Shown one piece after another: positions 42,325-54,600 of a stretch of 64,000 nt of DNA (positions are counted from its first letter, which is position 1; each line of letters begins with the position of its first letter). The stretch comes from Selaginella moellendorffii (taxonomy: Eukaryota; Plantae; Lycopodiophyta). Where the stretch lies: contig NW_003314335.1 in the NCBI RefSeq assembly GCF_000143415.4, positions 722,834 to 786,833 of the forward strand, given 5' to 3'. The position numbers were made by a program, and so were the translations under genes. Under the pieces are notes generated by a model. It ran no database searches. It worked only from the letters and a program-made list of their open reading frames with translations, and had not been told where the DNA came from.

Positions 42325-45300
42325 ATGGTAAGTCTTTTAGGCCAAGTAGAAAATGGCATGAGGCCACATGCCATTCAGTAGCAACATTGGCATGCACCGA
42401 TTGGGCTCTCGAGTGCAGTCCGGTTACAGATGGCGTGTAGCCTCACGCCATCTTAGGATGCAGCCTCAAGACATCTGATGCAGTGGTGAATGGCGTGTGG
42501 CCTCACGTTATTTCCAGCTGCTAGCTTTTCATCTGTCAGCTCTAATTGTTGTGCATTTCTGAACAGGCGAGGAATTGCGTTCTTCTTCCAGCCACTGTCA
42601 ATGTGGATGCAGAGAAGGGGGAGGAGCTCACCAGTTGGACTTTCGGGATGGAAGGCGAGGATCTGATGCTGTACAACACAAATGGTGGGAGAAAAGAATG
42701 CATGGGGATCCTCATCCAAGTGACAGACACTCCATGCAGTTCCATGCAAGAATATGGACTGGCACTTGTGGTAGAGACAGCGTCCGCCTTCAAGATCCAC
42801 CTTGCACATCCTAGCGGCTTCCCGGAGGGGGGCAGCGGCTATGAGGAATTCCTAGAGGGAGCTAGGGAGAGGTTGTCCAGGAGGCCCACAATTTCAAAGA
42901 CGTTGTGGGTCTATGAAGATCACATGGAATCCACGGACCTCACCTACGGCGATGTTCAAAAACTATATTCCAACATTGAGCCGTTGAGAGTGCCTCCAGT
43001 TCGCGAAGCGAAGGGGAAGGGGGTCGATCTGGAAACTACCCCGAAGCAGAAAAGGGTGGTCAAGCTCAAGCCGACGTCCGACTCTGCTGCTCCAAAAAAG
43101 AAGCTACTCAGTGATGCCATTGCCTCGGGTTCGAACACTACACCCACCAAAAAGAAGAGCCGCAAAGAGCAGAAAGAGCAAGAAGAGGCAGCAAAAATCG
43201 TCGCAGATAATAGTACTTGTTATTATTCCAACAAAGTATATACAATCGACGTGAGCCGTATCGACATCCAAAGCAAATACAACCACAGGCTAGTATCTGA
43301 TGAGTGGGTGGAGAAACTGAAGCAGAAGATGCTGGCAAGTCCAGTAACACCCGACATCGCAGACGTGATCCCCTACTACCGAACAATGAAGGGCGAGACG
43401 AGGTTTCCAGACTTGATCAATAGGAAGGTGTTGGACGATCAGAACATCCGGTTCTATGCCATCTCCGGGCAGCATTCTAGCTTGGCGATGCAACAGATAG
43501 TTGTGGATATTATGGTGGGCAAGGAGGTGAAGAAAGTCTTCAAGACAAGAGTTGTCCGCCTGATAAAAGGCAACTCGCCCCTCCGATCTATCATATACAT
43601 CTCCCACGCGCAGAATGTCAAGCAAGAAACGTTGACATAAACGTGCTACAAATCGGGTCTGCATGAGACATTGGCACGAACACGGAAGCTCTGGGTTCAA
43701 CTGAAGAAGCCACAAAAACCAGGACAAGGACGTGCACTAGCAACTAGCGCCTGGCAGGTAAGCCTCGTTGCATGTGGCATAGCATGTGGCCTCACGCCAT
43801 TTCCATTGCAGGAATTCTCGAGTCTTCTCTCGAAAACACTGGGGGTCAATGACACACTCAGCATCCATAACATTCTACTCGCGACAAAAGTTGTTTTTGA
43901 CAAATGGGTAGATGTGCTGAGGAGGTACCATGACAGGGAGTTGCTAAACTCAATGGGTGTGGAGGACGGCCGGAAGCCCAATGATTTGAAGCTCAACACC
44001 TTGCGTTTCTCGTGGTCTCTAGACGACGACGACCTTCTGACAGTGGCTAATGCTCTTCTACGTGGTGAGGTAGTCTTCAACAAGACCAAAATGACTCCCG
44101 GCCATATTGTGACATACGAGGACTTGTGCACGACTCTGAGAGCTCGTGCGCTATTGAAGGATTGGATCTTCAAGCAAGTGGCCGTGGAGAGGGTGAGCAT
44201 CGACACCACGCAAGAGATGATGGAAGAGTTGGAGTTGTCAAATGAAGACATCGACGAGTACGTGAAGGGGGCCCCCAAGTTCATCGATCTGCTGCAGGAT
44301 GCCACGAAAAGTAAAGCTGAGAAGTTGGATCAGTATCCAAATTTCATTAAGAGGGATGTCGACCGCCGGCTTCAGAAACAGCTCGACCCCGCAGCAGAGG
44401 CCTATCGAGAACCTTACCGGGTATACGTGAATTCGGATGAGGATCAAAGGTGGAGGAGCATCGTTTCCCGCGGAGATGAGCAAGTCAAGAACATCTTTTG
44501 TGTGATGGACTTCACAAACGAAGAGATCACTCATGCAGACGAAGTCAGCTCCATCATTGACTTAATGGTGGGACTTGCGGAGGTGGAATCTTCAGTCCAC
44601 TATATGATCTACGACTCCGAATCCTATCACAAGTTCTGGAAGGCCTTGAACGAGGTGAAGGCTTGGTTGAAAGGCAAGGAGATGTAGGAGATCCATGGGA
44701 TAATGGCTAAGAAGAAGATACCAACGAATGTCTGCATCTTCACACTCGCCCTTGTTATTGGTCCTGCAGCAGAGTGGGACTGGAGTGACTTCCCAGATTC
44801 GTTCGACAAGGCCGATCGAATTGATCTGAGGGAGGTCAATTTACCCGTGCCTGAGGAACTGAAGACGGCTATGGAGCTTTCGAATCCAAAGAAAGCTCCA
44901 GGTGCAGCATGGGAAATGCTCAGCTGGGTCTTCAACGCAATAGCGGGTGACTCCAAGGGCAAATGCGTTGTCGAGTACAACTGTGGCGGACTATTCTTTC
45001 GAGCCGCACTACTCAAGGGTGTCCCGTGTGTTGCGGTGACAAACTCCATTGAAGAGGTGACTTCAATGGAGCATATAATTACAGTTGCCAAAGAAAAACA
45101 GTATCTTCTCTACGAACCTAGTGAGTACGCACTTTAAGTTTAAATGTTATCTCACAAGCTCTGTATGCAGGAGCGTGGCCACCCCCAGATGCTGAAACGG
45201 CGTTAACAGCTACTGATGTTAGGCCGAGCTCACAACCTGCACAAGGTAAGGTCACGTGAGGCCTCACGCCATTTTGATTATAGATCGTTGTGAATATTCA

Positions 45301-47680
45301 GACACGAGGACTGAAAAGCGCACTGGTGGCGCGTCGAAGAAGGACAAACAGAAAGGCAATAGGAAAAAAGGAGGTACAAATTATATTTGCAATGGCGTGT
45401 GGTCTCATGCCATTCCTTGTAGGAGACACTTCTTCAAAGGCAAAACAGGCAAGCATCAGCCAAGCTCAAACTGACAGTGGTCATAAAAAGCGAAAGCACG
45501 TTGGACAGTCGTCGGGATCAGAGGCGTTTGATTTGAAAAGGAAGAAGGGCAACGAAAAGATGATAGGTAATGCCTCGCGGTTATGGCGTGTGTGCTCATG
45601 CCATTCATTGCAGATCAAGGGCTGAGTGAAAGGAGCCAGTCACCACCTCCTGACTCAGATTCCTATGGCGGACTCCCCTTCCCCAATCTCAATGGAGAGG
45701 TACAATGGATAAGGGATGCTTTTCAAGTCAGGGCCACATTTTTCTCATCTCGTCGTTTTTGAAGGGTGCAAGAACGTGCAGAAACCATGTTAAGACAGTC
45801 GGGTGAGGATACGGTCCTAGGTCAAGCACTAAAACAGGCTATGGATGTCTTGTATTTTGAGATGGAGACTCGGCCAGATGATTTTCCCAAGATGGTCCTG
45901 GAAGAACAAGCCATCCAGCCTGAGCAGCCTATGGAAGAAATGCAGGAGGGGGATGAGGAGCCAGAGAAAGATAATGAGCAGGAAGAGCAAAAGGATGAAG
46001 AGGAGGACAAAGAAGAGGAGGACGAAGAAGAGGAGGACGAAGAGGACTTGGATGGTCCTCACAATGGTGACGATCACAATAACGACGATGACGATAATGA
46101 CGACGATGGCCAGCCTGAGGTGGCCAAAGAGCAGCGGAGGAAGGTCATACAAGACAAACCATCAGGTAAATAATAGTACATCCATTCCTAACCTTTTATC
46201 ATTTCTAACATTGTCCATGTAGGTCGCAGAAGAAATGAATTAAGATACAAACTCTAGCCTTTAGTGTCGAGGAAGGATAGTGCCAAGCAAGGGTCGAAAC
46301 GTATGTCCAATCCTTCAGAATCAGCAGTGCGCCCAAGTGATATCGGTCCTAGTTCCTCAATAGCAGTTGATGGTAAATACAGTATAGTCGATTCAATGTG
46401 CTAATGAGTTTGTTTTTAGTAGCCAGTAGGGAGGATACCATCTCAATCGAAGGGAGATATTTGGACATGCATATGGATCCGCCAGTGGACTCTACTTGCC
46501 TGCAAGAGTCATCAGAGCTGGTGGAGGCTACTATCCATATCAACGCCAAGCAAGCTGACCACGCTCCACTTGATGCTGCCCATACCATTGAGTCAATCTT
46601 GTCCACGTATCCAACTGACGGTGACCAAGCGCCATTGGACCCGCATGAGGCCGCCCCAGCCGCCGAGCCGGTCATATCCTCATTTCCAACGGACTCAACG
46701 TGTGCCCAATCGTCTGACTACGCGCTGTTGGAACCTCCCTACACCGCCCCTGCTGCCTGTTCGGTCATGTCCACTTTGCCAACGGAGGCACCAGCTGAAA
46801 TGGCGTGTGATCACACGCCATCGGAACCACCCCATGCCACTGTTGAGCCAATTGTACCAGAGTCTACAGCTGAAATGGCATGTGCCCACACGCCATCGGA
46901 TGCGATTGACCCCACATTGCAGAGGAGAGTATTTCCGCCCTTCACGTTTCCTCGACCAAAACCCTCTGAACGACCATCGGGAGCACCATTCGCTAATATT
47001 GTAGATGGTAAAATTGACTTGTACCATTTTTTATGCTGACGCATTTCATTTCAGAGTCACGGCGAAAGTACTGTATCGTTTTTGATCTGAACGGTGTCCT
47101 TTTCTCCCATGAGCGTGGCTCGTCCTCGAATGTCACTGCACCCTCCAAAGCCTGCGGTCGCAAGTTGGTCAAAAGAGACAGATTCACATTAATCACACGG
47201 GAGAAACTGCGGGATCTAATAATGACCATGCGACACTTAAAACAGAGGGCCGGGTTCAATTTGCAATTGGGAGTTTGGACATCCATGATGCGCCACAATG
47301 CATTAATGTTGCTATAGATGATGCACGATCAGACGCGAGTAATATTACCATTTGACTTTCTCCTAACGCAAGAGGATTGCTTGACTATGGTCCATGTGAG
47401 GGGTAGCAAGCCCATCTTCATCAAGCCAGAGGCTGTAGTGATGAACCGGACCGCTAGGTCAAGTGAAATCCTCATCATCGATGACTCGCCGATTAAAACT
47501 GCAGCGAACATGCACACATATGCAGTGCACCCCATCTCTTGCAGTATGGAAACTAGGGAGAAGAAACCGTATGTTCTAGGGGACCTTGCAAAACGGCTTG
47601 AAGCGATGGTGATAGAGAACCGGCCAGTCCAGGAGGTGGCTGCAGAAATCAACCAAATGGCAGATGGAACGGTATATTAG
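42325..47680 (+). pseudogene. Multi-exon transposon cargo gene: ParB/Srx-like domain, degenerate MTase-like region, acidic tract, FCP1/HAD phosphatase-like domain; in-frame stops at 43638, 44685 and 47315
   Basis: ATG 42325 | intron 42328-42566. ORFs 42546, 43671 and 44703 share one frame. Motifs RLVSDEWVEKL..YAISGQHS..A, VVEYNCGG..RAALLKG, IVFDLNGVL..ILIIDDSPIK..N. Whether the FCP1 part is the same transcript is inferred from short GT-AG introns. Confidence 0.6.
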
Positions 47681-48359
47681 AAGCCATTTGATCGAACAGA
47701 CACCAGTCATCATTTATGGCATGTATATTGTCTAGCCAAGCACTATCCGCATCTCCATAATCTGCTCAACCGGATGGGTTCTTCGACCACTGAACATGAG
47801 CGTGGACGTATTAGAGAAGAGATGGCATTACTATTGGGTTTAAATCCTGATAGTGTGGAGAGTGATGAAATTCCAAGATTATTGTATAGGCGTTGGAGGC
47901 AAAAAATAACAGTCTGAGATGGCATGTATTTATTTAAAAATGTAACTTATTATGGCATGGGGTTCCATGCCATTGTATTAATATTAAAAGACAATTCTTT
48001 GAGAGGATTTGCATTATACTAGAAGTGTTAAAGCATGTTATTGGAAGTCTACGAAATTGTTTTATTAATAAGGGAAAAGTAAAGATTGAATGGGGACTTG
48101 GGCTCCACCTAGACTCGGAGCAACTGAGCCAATATTAAAAAGATGGAAAGAAATTGGACGACGATGACAAGGAGAAGAGAGAGGTGAAGCAGTGGCAGGG
48201 GGAGGAGAAGTGATTGAGTAGACATTTCCTTGTTTAAAATAAAATGGCATGTGCCTCAATGTAGTTGAATTTTGTTATATTTATATACTATATAAAGGTT
48301 TGGAAACCTTATTTTACAAGTGGGATAATAAATATTCCCACTTTAACGAAATAGAGCTT

Positions 48360-48675
48360 ATGCTACTTTGGTCCTTTTCAGGTGATTGAAAGGATCAATG
48401 AGGTGGCATTTCGGCTGGCTCTTCCTCAAGGGTGCAAGCTCCATGATGTGTTCCACGTTTCCGAGCTCAAGTTGCATTACGGTCCGACTCCCTTGTCGAC
48501 AGTGGAAGTTCCAGTCCGTTCGTTGGGGGACCAGCATCTGGTTGTGCCAGATAAGGTGATCGATGTGGAGACTCGTCAGCTGCGTCGACGTACGATTAAG
48601 CGTTATCTTGTTCGCTGGATGAACACTGGGGGGGATACAGACACCTGGCTTTCTCAACAAGAGTTCGATCGTCTG
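48360..48675 (+). pseudogene. Integrase GPY/F tail and chromodomain of element A (resumes at 57996-58072)
   Basis: YFGPF..EVAFRLALP..LHDVFHVSELK..PDKVID..YLVRW..DTW. Confidence 0.9.
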
Positions 48676-49827
48676 TGTAAGGAACCAACTCGCCGAGGTG
48701 TCGTAGGCTAAAGGAACCCCGAAAGCATGACCAAAATGACAAAGAGTTCATCGGATGGGACCAAGTCGAAGATCGAGTCCAAGACCGACTCTAGGACCGA
48801 GTTCGAGATCGAGTCCGGAATCGAGTCCGAGACCGACTCGAGGACCGAGTTCGAGTCCGAGTTCGAGACCGAGTTCGAGACGGAGTCCGAGATCTGAAAT
48901 CGGGTCCGAGACCGAGTCCGAGGTCGAGTCCGAAGTCGGGTCCGAGATCGGGTCCGAGATCGAGTCCGAGATCGAGTCCGAAACCGAATCCGAAGTCGGA
49001 TCCGAAATCGGGTCCGAGATCAAGCCAGAGACTAAGTCCAAATACTAATACGGGTCAAGGGGTGAAAGCCCAAAGCGTGCGTCTCCCAGGGGGGGGGGGG
49101 GGGCTGCAGGGGGTTCCAAAAGTACAGTAGGGATAGTGAGGTCCAGGATCCAGTTTTGAAGGGACTCTCCAATTGGGCTTCCAAACCGACTTGAGGTTGA
49201 GACTGGGACCGAGGGGCCTTGGGTGGGAGTGAGCATGGACTTGGCTGGTGCCGGAGGGGCCATCCAAGGAAGTGCTCAAGAGCAGCTCCCACTCCCGAAA
49301 GGGAAACCGATTGCGGTGCTCCCGACTCATGTGGAGTGGTGCCCCACTTGAGTACCATGCGGCTCATTGGTCCTCGCCCTTCCTAGGGGCTTGGGCCTTC
49401 CTTCGGGATGGAAGTGGGGGGCGAGAGGTACCCATACCGGGCCGCTAGGCCACGATGTTTCGCCCCGGTGTCCCGAAGCAAGTGTTGCACTCAAGACTTG
49501 GGATTTAGAGGGTCCCATGATCAAGTCTTGTGGTACCAAAGGATGTTAGGAACCTGGAAGCTTGGTGTGCTTGGCTGCTTGTGCTTGCGGGGAGTGTAGC
49601 CGAACCTTAAGTCCAGTCTAACCCGGGGAGGGGGATTGGGAGTGATTTGGGAATCCGTGGATGGAAGGCTAACCCCCCGTTGCTCGTGCAGTGAGTAGCT
49701 GAGACCAAGTAGGAGCTGGTACCATAGGCGAGAACCTTGGCAAGGGAACTTAGCAAAAGCAAGGGCGGTGTTGGACGGATAGACGAGGTAAGCTGGCAAA
49801 TTGGAAAGGAAAAATTTGTGGCTTACA
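48676..49827 (+). repeat. 5' LTR of element B (1,152 bp) with a (GTCCGA/GATCGA)-type hexamer array and a G run
   Basis: About 17 substitutions versus the 3' LTR, counted by eye. Confidence 0.95.
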
Positions 49828-50869
49828 ATTTGGTATCGGAGCCTTTATCTCAGTTCTAGCGAAGGATAGTGTAAGCGACTAATTTTTCCATTTTACTTTA
49901 GTCACTTAACCGCACCTCCGACCACTTGGAGGAGTCTCATTCACAACCTCCATAAGTCCCAGTTAGGACTTGGGGCTTGCTAGCCCCGAGAATGGCCTCC
50001 GTGCCACTCCACCTTTGCACTTGGTCCAAGTGCTCCACGTGTCCGATCCCATGACCGACACCCCAAGGTACCCCTGACATATCGGCCCGTTACGCTAAGG
50101 CCATGCCCATTCACCTTGGTCACACCGGTGGTCTAACACCACATAATGCATCATTGTCCCGTCTCTCAAAGACTGGGCCATCCGTCCATGAGCGATCATC
50201 CCCGATCTACTCCTTAGCATCCTTAGGATGCCCGCAGACATGGGGAATAGCCTTCCCCGACAACTCCTTTCCAGTCCCCACCAAGTCCCTTTTAGTCTAT
50301 GGCCGTGTTCGCCAACACTGCCACTGGATCAAGGCCCGCAGGCCTGACCGCTAAGTCCCACTGTCCTTTGGGACTTCCTCACCATGTGACCGTCTCCTTG
50401 GTCACTGCATTAGAGGCCTACTCCTCTTCCCTTTCACCGTTTGGGACTTTGGGACAACATTTCGGAACACCGTGGCCTTACGCAAGCCTCATGGGTACTC
50501 TCCTCGCCTTTCGCCTTTAGGTGCTCTAGCCATGGGCTTAGAGCGAGGTTCCGTTGAGCCACGACAGGTATCCAAGTAGGTAGTGCCACCCGCACTTGGA
50601 TTGGGAGCATCGGCTAGTCGATCTCCCGGGGGAACTAGAGCCAGCTCTTGAACACTTCACCAAGCTACCCCGCTTGTCGGTCTGTGTTCACTCTAGTCTT
50701 GGACTTCCCAGTGGGCAGCTCATCACCCAACACGGGGTCCGGCCTTCCTGGGCCAAACTGGCCTTTCCTGGCCAAACTGGCTCCACTGCAGTCCTCCCCC
50801 TTACTATACTTTTGGAGCTCACCAAACCCCCCAGGGTCTGGGAGACGAACGCTTTGGGCTTTCACCCTC

Positions 50870-51470
50870 TCAGACTCGAACTCGGACTCGGACTCGGACT
50901 CGGACTCGGACTCGGACTCGGACTCGGACTCGGACTCGGACTTGGACTCGGGCTCGGTCTCGGACTCGGGCTCGGTCTCGGCCTCGGCCTCGGTCTCGGT
51001 CTCGGTCCCGATCTCGGTCTTGGTCTCAGTCTTGGTCTCGGTCTCGGTCCCGGTCTCGGTCTCGACTTCGGACTCCATCTCAGGTCCATCTCGGACTCCA
51101 TCTCGGGTCCATCTCAGACTCCATCTCGGGTCCCTCTCGGACTCCATTTCAGGTCCATCTCGGACTCCTTCTCGGACTCCATTTCGGGTCCATCTCGGGT
51201 CCACCTCGGACTCCATCTCGGACTCCATCTTGGACTCCATCTCGGACTCTACTTCGGACTCCACTTCGGACTCCAACTTGGGTCCATCTCGGACTCCACT
51301 TCGGACTCCAACTCGGGTCCATCTCGGACTCCACTTCGGACTCCAACTCGGGTCCATCTCGGACTCCACTTCGGACTCCAACTCGGGTCCATCTCGGACT
51401 CCATCTCGGACTCCATCTCGGGTCCATCTCAGACTCCATCTCGGGTCCCTCTCGGACTCCATTTCGGGTC
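50870..51470 (-). repeat. Hexamer-based tandem array (CTCGGA)n and derivatives in the leader of element B
   Basis: Direct observation; complementary to the LTR array. Confidence 0.9.
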
Positions 51471-51690
51471 CCTTTATGGAGCCTCGCTTTTTGCTCGCTT
51501 CGTGCTCGTTCCTCGAGCACTTTGTTGGGAGTTCCACTCCCGCTCTTGACTTTTCAAGTCGGAGCTTTTGGTCCAAACGTGTTACGCTCGTTTGGCTCTC
51601 GCTTCGGCCACTACCACGTGGCGCCCTTCCAGCTCCACTTTTGGGGCCTAGGGATTTTGTGTCTCACAGATAGAGGCGGATTGCTGGGAG

Positions 51691-54600
51691 ATGGCAAGGG
51701 CAGGGCGTAAGCGAACCCAGGCGGAGACGGAACCTCCGCCGGAGCTGGAGCCTCCGGTCGAACAAAAGGCTATGGATGAGGAATCCTTGCATGAGGAGGA
51801 CTCTAGTGAGGAAACTTCCAAACAGGAGTCCGGTGGTGAGGTTCGGTCGTCCAAGGCTCGATTGGATGTGCTAGAAGGATAGTTGGCACAAACCAATGCC
51901 CTGCTGGAAACTCTCGTACGCAAGCTAAAGCGTGACGAGAGGCGGAAGAAAAAGAAAAAGACTGCGGATGCTGGCAGCGCAGAAGGTGCGGATCTTTCGG
52001 GCGGGACTGAGGCAAAACCAGACAAGGTTGAACAGACCGAAGTAGAATCAGTCCCTCAGGCAGTTCCCAAGTACAAACCAAAGCCCCCACCGGTCTTCAA
52101 GGGAGTGAACGACTATAAGGTGGTGGAGGATTGGTTTTACGATATGGAGGACTACTTCCGAGCGTTGCGGTTACCAAGCTCGGAGAAGGTCCCATGTGCA
52201 AAACCATACTTGGCAGATAATGCCAAGTCTTGGTGGAGAACGACGAAGGCCAACGAAGGACCAATGGCCACTTGGGACATGATGAAGGCGAGGATCCGCG
52301 CAACATACGTTCCTCCGAATGCCACTCTGCATCTGAGAGATGAGCTGAGTAGGCTGAAGCAGACTGGAACCATCCAGGAATATGTGAATGGGTTCATGGC
52401 AAAGAGGATACTTGTCACGGACATGGGGGATATGGATGCATTCCATGCCTTCATATCAGGTTTGCAAACCTGGGCTCACGGTGAGGTGATGCGGTGGAAC
52501 CCGACCAACTACAAGGAAGCGTTGGATGCGGCCATCAAGGTGCATTTCAACGATAACCTGTGAAAGGGGAACACGATGGGGTCGGGATCCACATTTAGCA
52601 AAGGGGCCAAACCAAGGGGAACGTATAGCAAGGGGAAATTCAAAAGGAGTTTCTCTAAGAATGAGTCCTCGGGGTTCCGGAAAGGCAAATTCGGTGGCCA
52701 GCGAGCGAGTACGTGGGGGAGTCAAGCGAAAAAAGACAAACCCACGGATAAGAAGGTCAAGTCGTATAGCAGCGTGGGAAACAACATATGCTACAACTGC
52801 GGTGAAGCGGGACACTTCTCGAGGGAATGTCCCTACCCGAAGAAGGCCAGAGCTAATATGGCCATCAAGTCGGGTGAAGTCCAAACTGAGGTATGTGATC
52901 CAGTCCCTAACTCAAAGTTACTCATTACACGAGCAACTTTGGTAGAGAGTCGTTCGCGACATCTACTAGCCCTCCGAGGGAAGCTCGGAGGTAGCTTTGT
53001 TAAGATCCTTATTGACACAGGTGCTTCGGATAATTTTGTGGCTGCAGACATAGTCCGGCAAGCCGGACTAACGGTGCAGCGGCTAGGCGAACCAAGGACT
53101 ATAGAGTTTGTTCAAGGTAGCCAAAGCACCGATGAGGTACTTCGACAAGCGAGAGTCGAAGTGGGGACATGGAAAGTGGACATGGCGGGATTTGACGTGA
53201 TCTTCGGAATGGATTGGTTTAATAGGTTCGTGGTAGCCCTACATGGACAAGGTAGGAACCTTGTGGTATTGGCAAATGCCCAAGGAAGAAGATCTAGGGT
53301 GGAGGCCCAGGATCTAAAGGTAGGGCAAAGCAAGGCCAAAGAGTCATGCTTAAACCTGGTGTCCACGAGAGGACAACTCACTAAAGGAACTAAGGCAGCC
53401 TTTTTGTGCTTACTCTCGGTGAAGAGTGACAAAAAGACAAGAACGGAAGAAGTACCTTTAGTGATCCAGCAGGTGCTGGACCAATTCCAGGATACCATGC
53501 CGGAGGAGCTACCGGTGGGGTTGCCCCCCGCACGACCGATAGAACATAAGATTGAGCTGGTCGAGGGTGCTGAGGCGGTGGTTCGTCCACCCTATCGATT
53601 GAACGAAAAAGAACTCAAGGAGCTCAAGAGCCAACTAGAAGAGTTGGTGGACAAAGGGTATGTTAGGTTGAGCAAGTCGCCGTATAGGGCGCCGGTGCTA
53701 TTTGTGAAAAAGAAAGATGGATCTATGTGCATGTGCATAGACTACCGGTTGCTCAACAAGTATACCAAGAAGAACAAGTACCCTTTGCCAAGGATCGAGG
53801 ACCTGTTCGATAGGTTGGGAAAGGCAAAATACTTCTCGAGGATTGACCTAAGGTCAGGATACTACCAGATCAGGGTAGCTGAGGAAGATGTCGAGAAGAC
53901 AACCTGTCGAACGAGGTATGGGAGCTTTGAGTTTCTGGTGATGCCCTTTGGGCTGTGCAATGCGCCGGCAACGTTTTCGGCGTTGATGAACCACATCTTT
54001 GTACCCTATCTGGATCACTTCGTGGTCGTCTATATCGACGATATCCTGATCTATAGCGAGACGCTAGAGGAGCATGCCGAACACTTGGCGAAGGTGTTTG
54101 AGAAACTAAGGGAACACAAACTGTATGCTAAAGAGAGCAAATGTGACTTTGCTCAACAAGAGGTAAAGTTTCTCGGGCATGTGGTGGGCCAGGACGGGCT
54201 CAAGGTGGACCCGGAGAAGGTCTAAGCGATCCAGGAATGGGAGCGACCTTCGAATGTACATGAGTTGAGGGCGTTCTTGGGGCTATGCAACTACTATCGA
54301 AAGTTTATCAGACACTATTCGAGAGTAGCCCTGCCCTTAACGGACCAAACAGGAAAAGGGAAGATGGTATGGACAGCGGAATGCGAGGCGGCATTCGTCC
54401 ACCTCAAAGGGAAATTGAGGAGGGCTCCCGTGTTGGCATTACCGGACTTCGGTAAGGACTTTGAGGTAGACACGGATGCTTCGGACTTTGCGTTGGGCGC
54501 AGTTTTGAAGCAAGACAACCATCCAGTAGCGTTCTTCTCGAAGAAGCTGGACAAGGCTCAACGGAAGTGGCCTGCCCACGAGAAGGAATTGTTTGCGGTG

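Larger units (their letters stand above)
34961..47973. repeat. Dispersed 22-bp palindrome family ATGGCRTG-N6-CAYGCCAT (more than 20 copies)
   Basis: Copies start at about 34961, 35277, 35366, 35964, 36124, 36270, 37612, 37669, 39581, 39679, 41215, 41453, 42353, 42430, 42490, 43779, 45251, 45392, 45583, 46800, 46875 and 47952. None noticed outside the TIRs. Confidence 0.9.
34735..48359. mobile_element. 13,625-bp TIR DNA transposon, Sola-like
   Basis: Perfect 24-bp TIRs AAGCTCTATTTCGTTAAAGTGGGA (34735-58 / 48336-59) and 4-bp TSD ATGC. Removing it restores the host integrase reading KLTQCYFGPF. The boundaries are firm; the superfamily name is an inference. Confidence 0.9.

Noticed and set aside
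34961-47973. Palindromes as a CRISPR array
   Set aside because: Irregular spacing of tens to thousands of bp, no constant spacers, no cas genes, eukaryotic context.
50596-51673. Long SD/GL/ES-repeat ORFs (and those at 48748-49048, 56897-57218)
   Set aside because: By-products of stop-free hexamer arrays, open in several frames on both strands.
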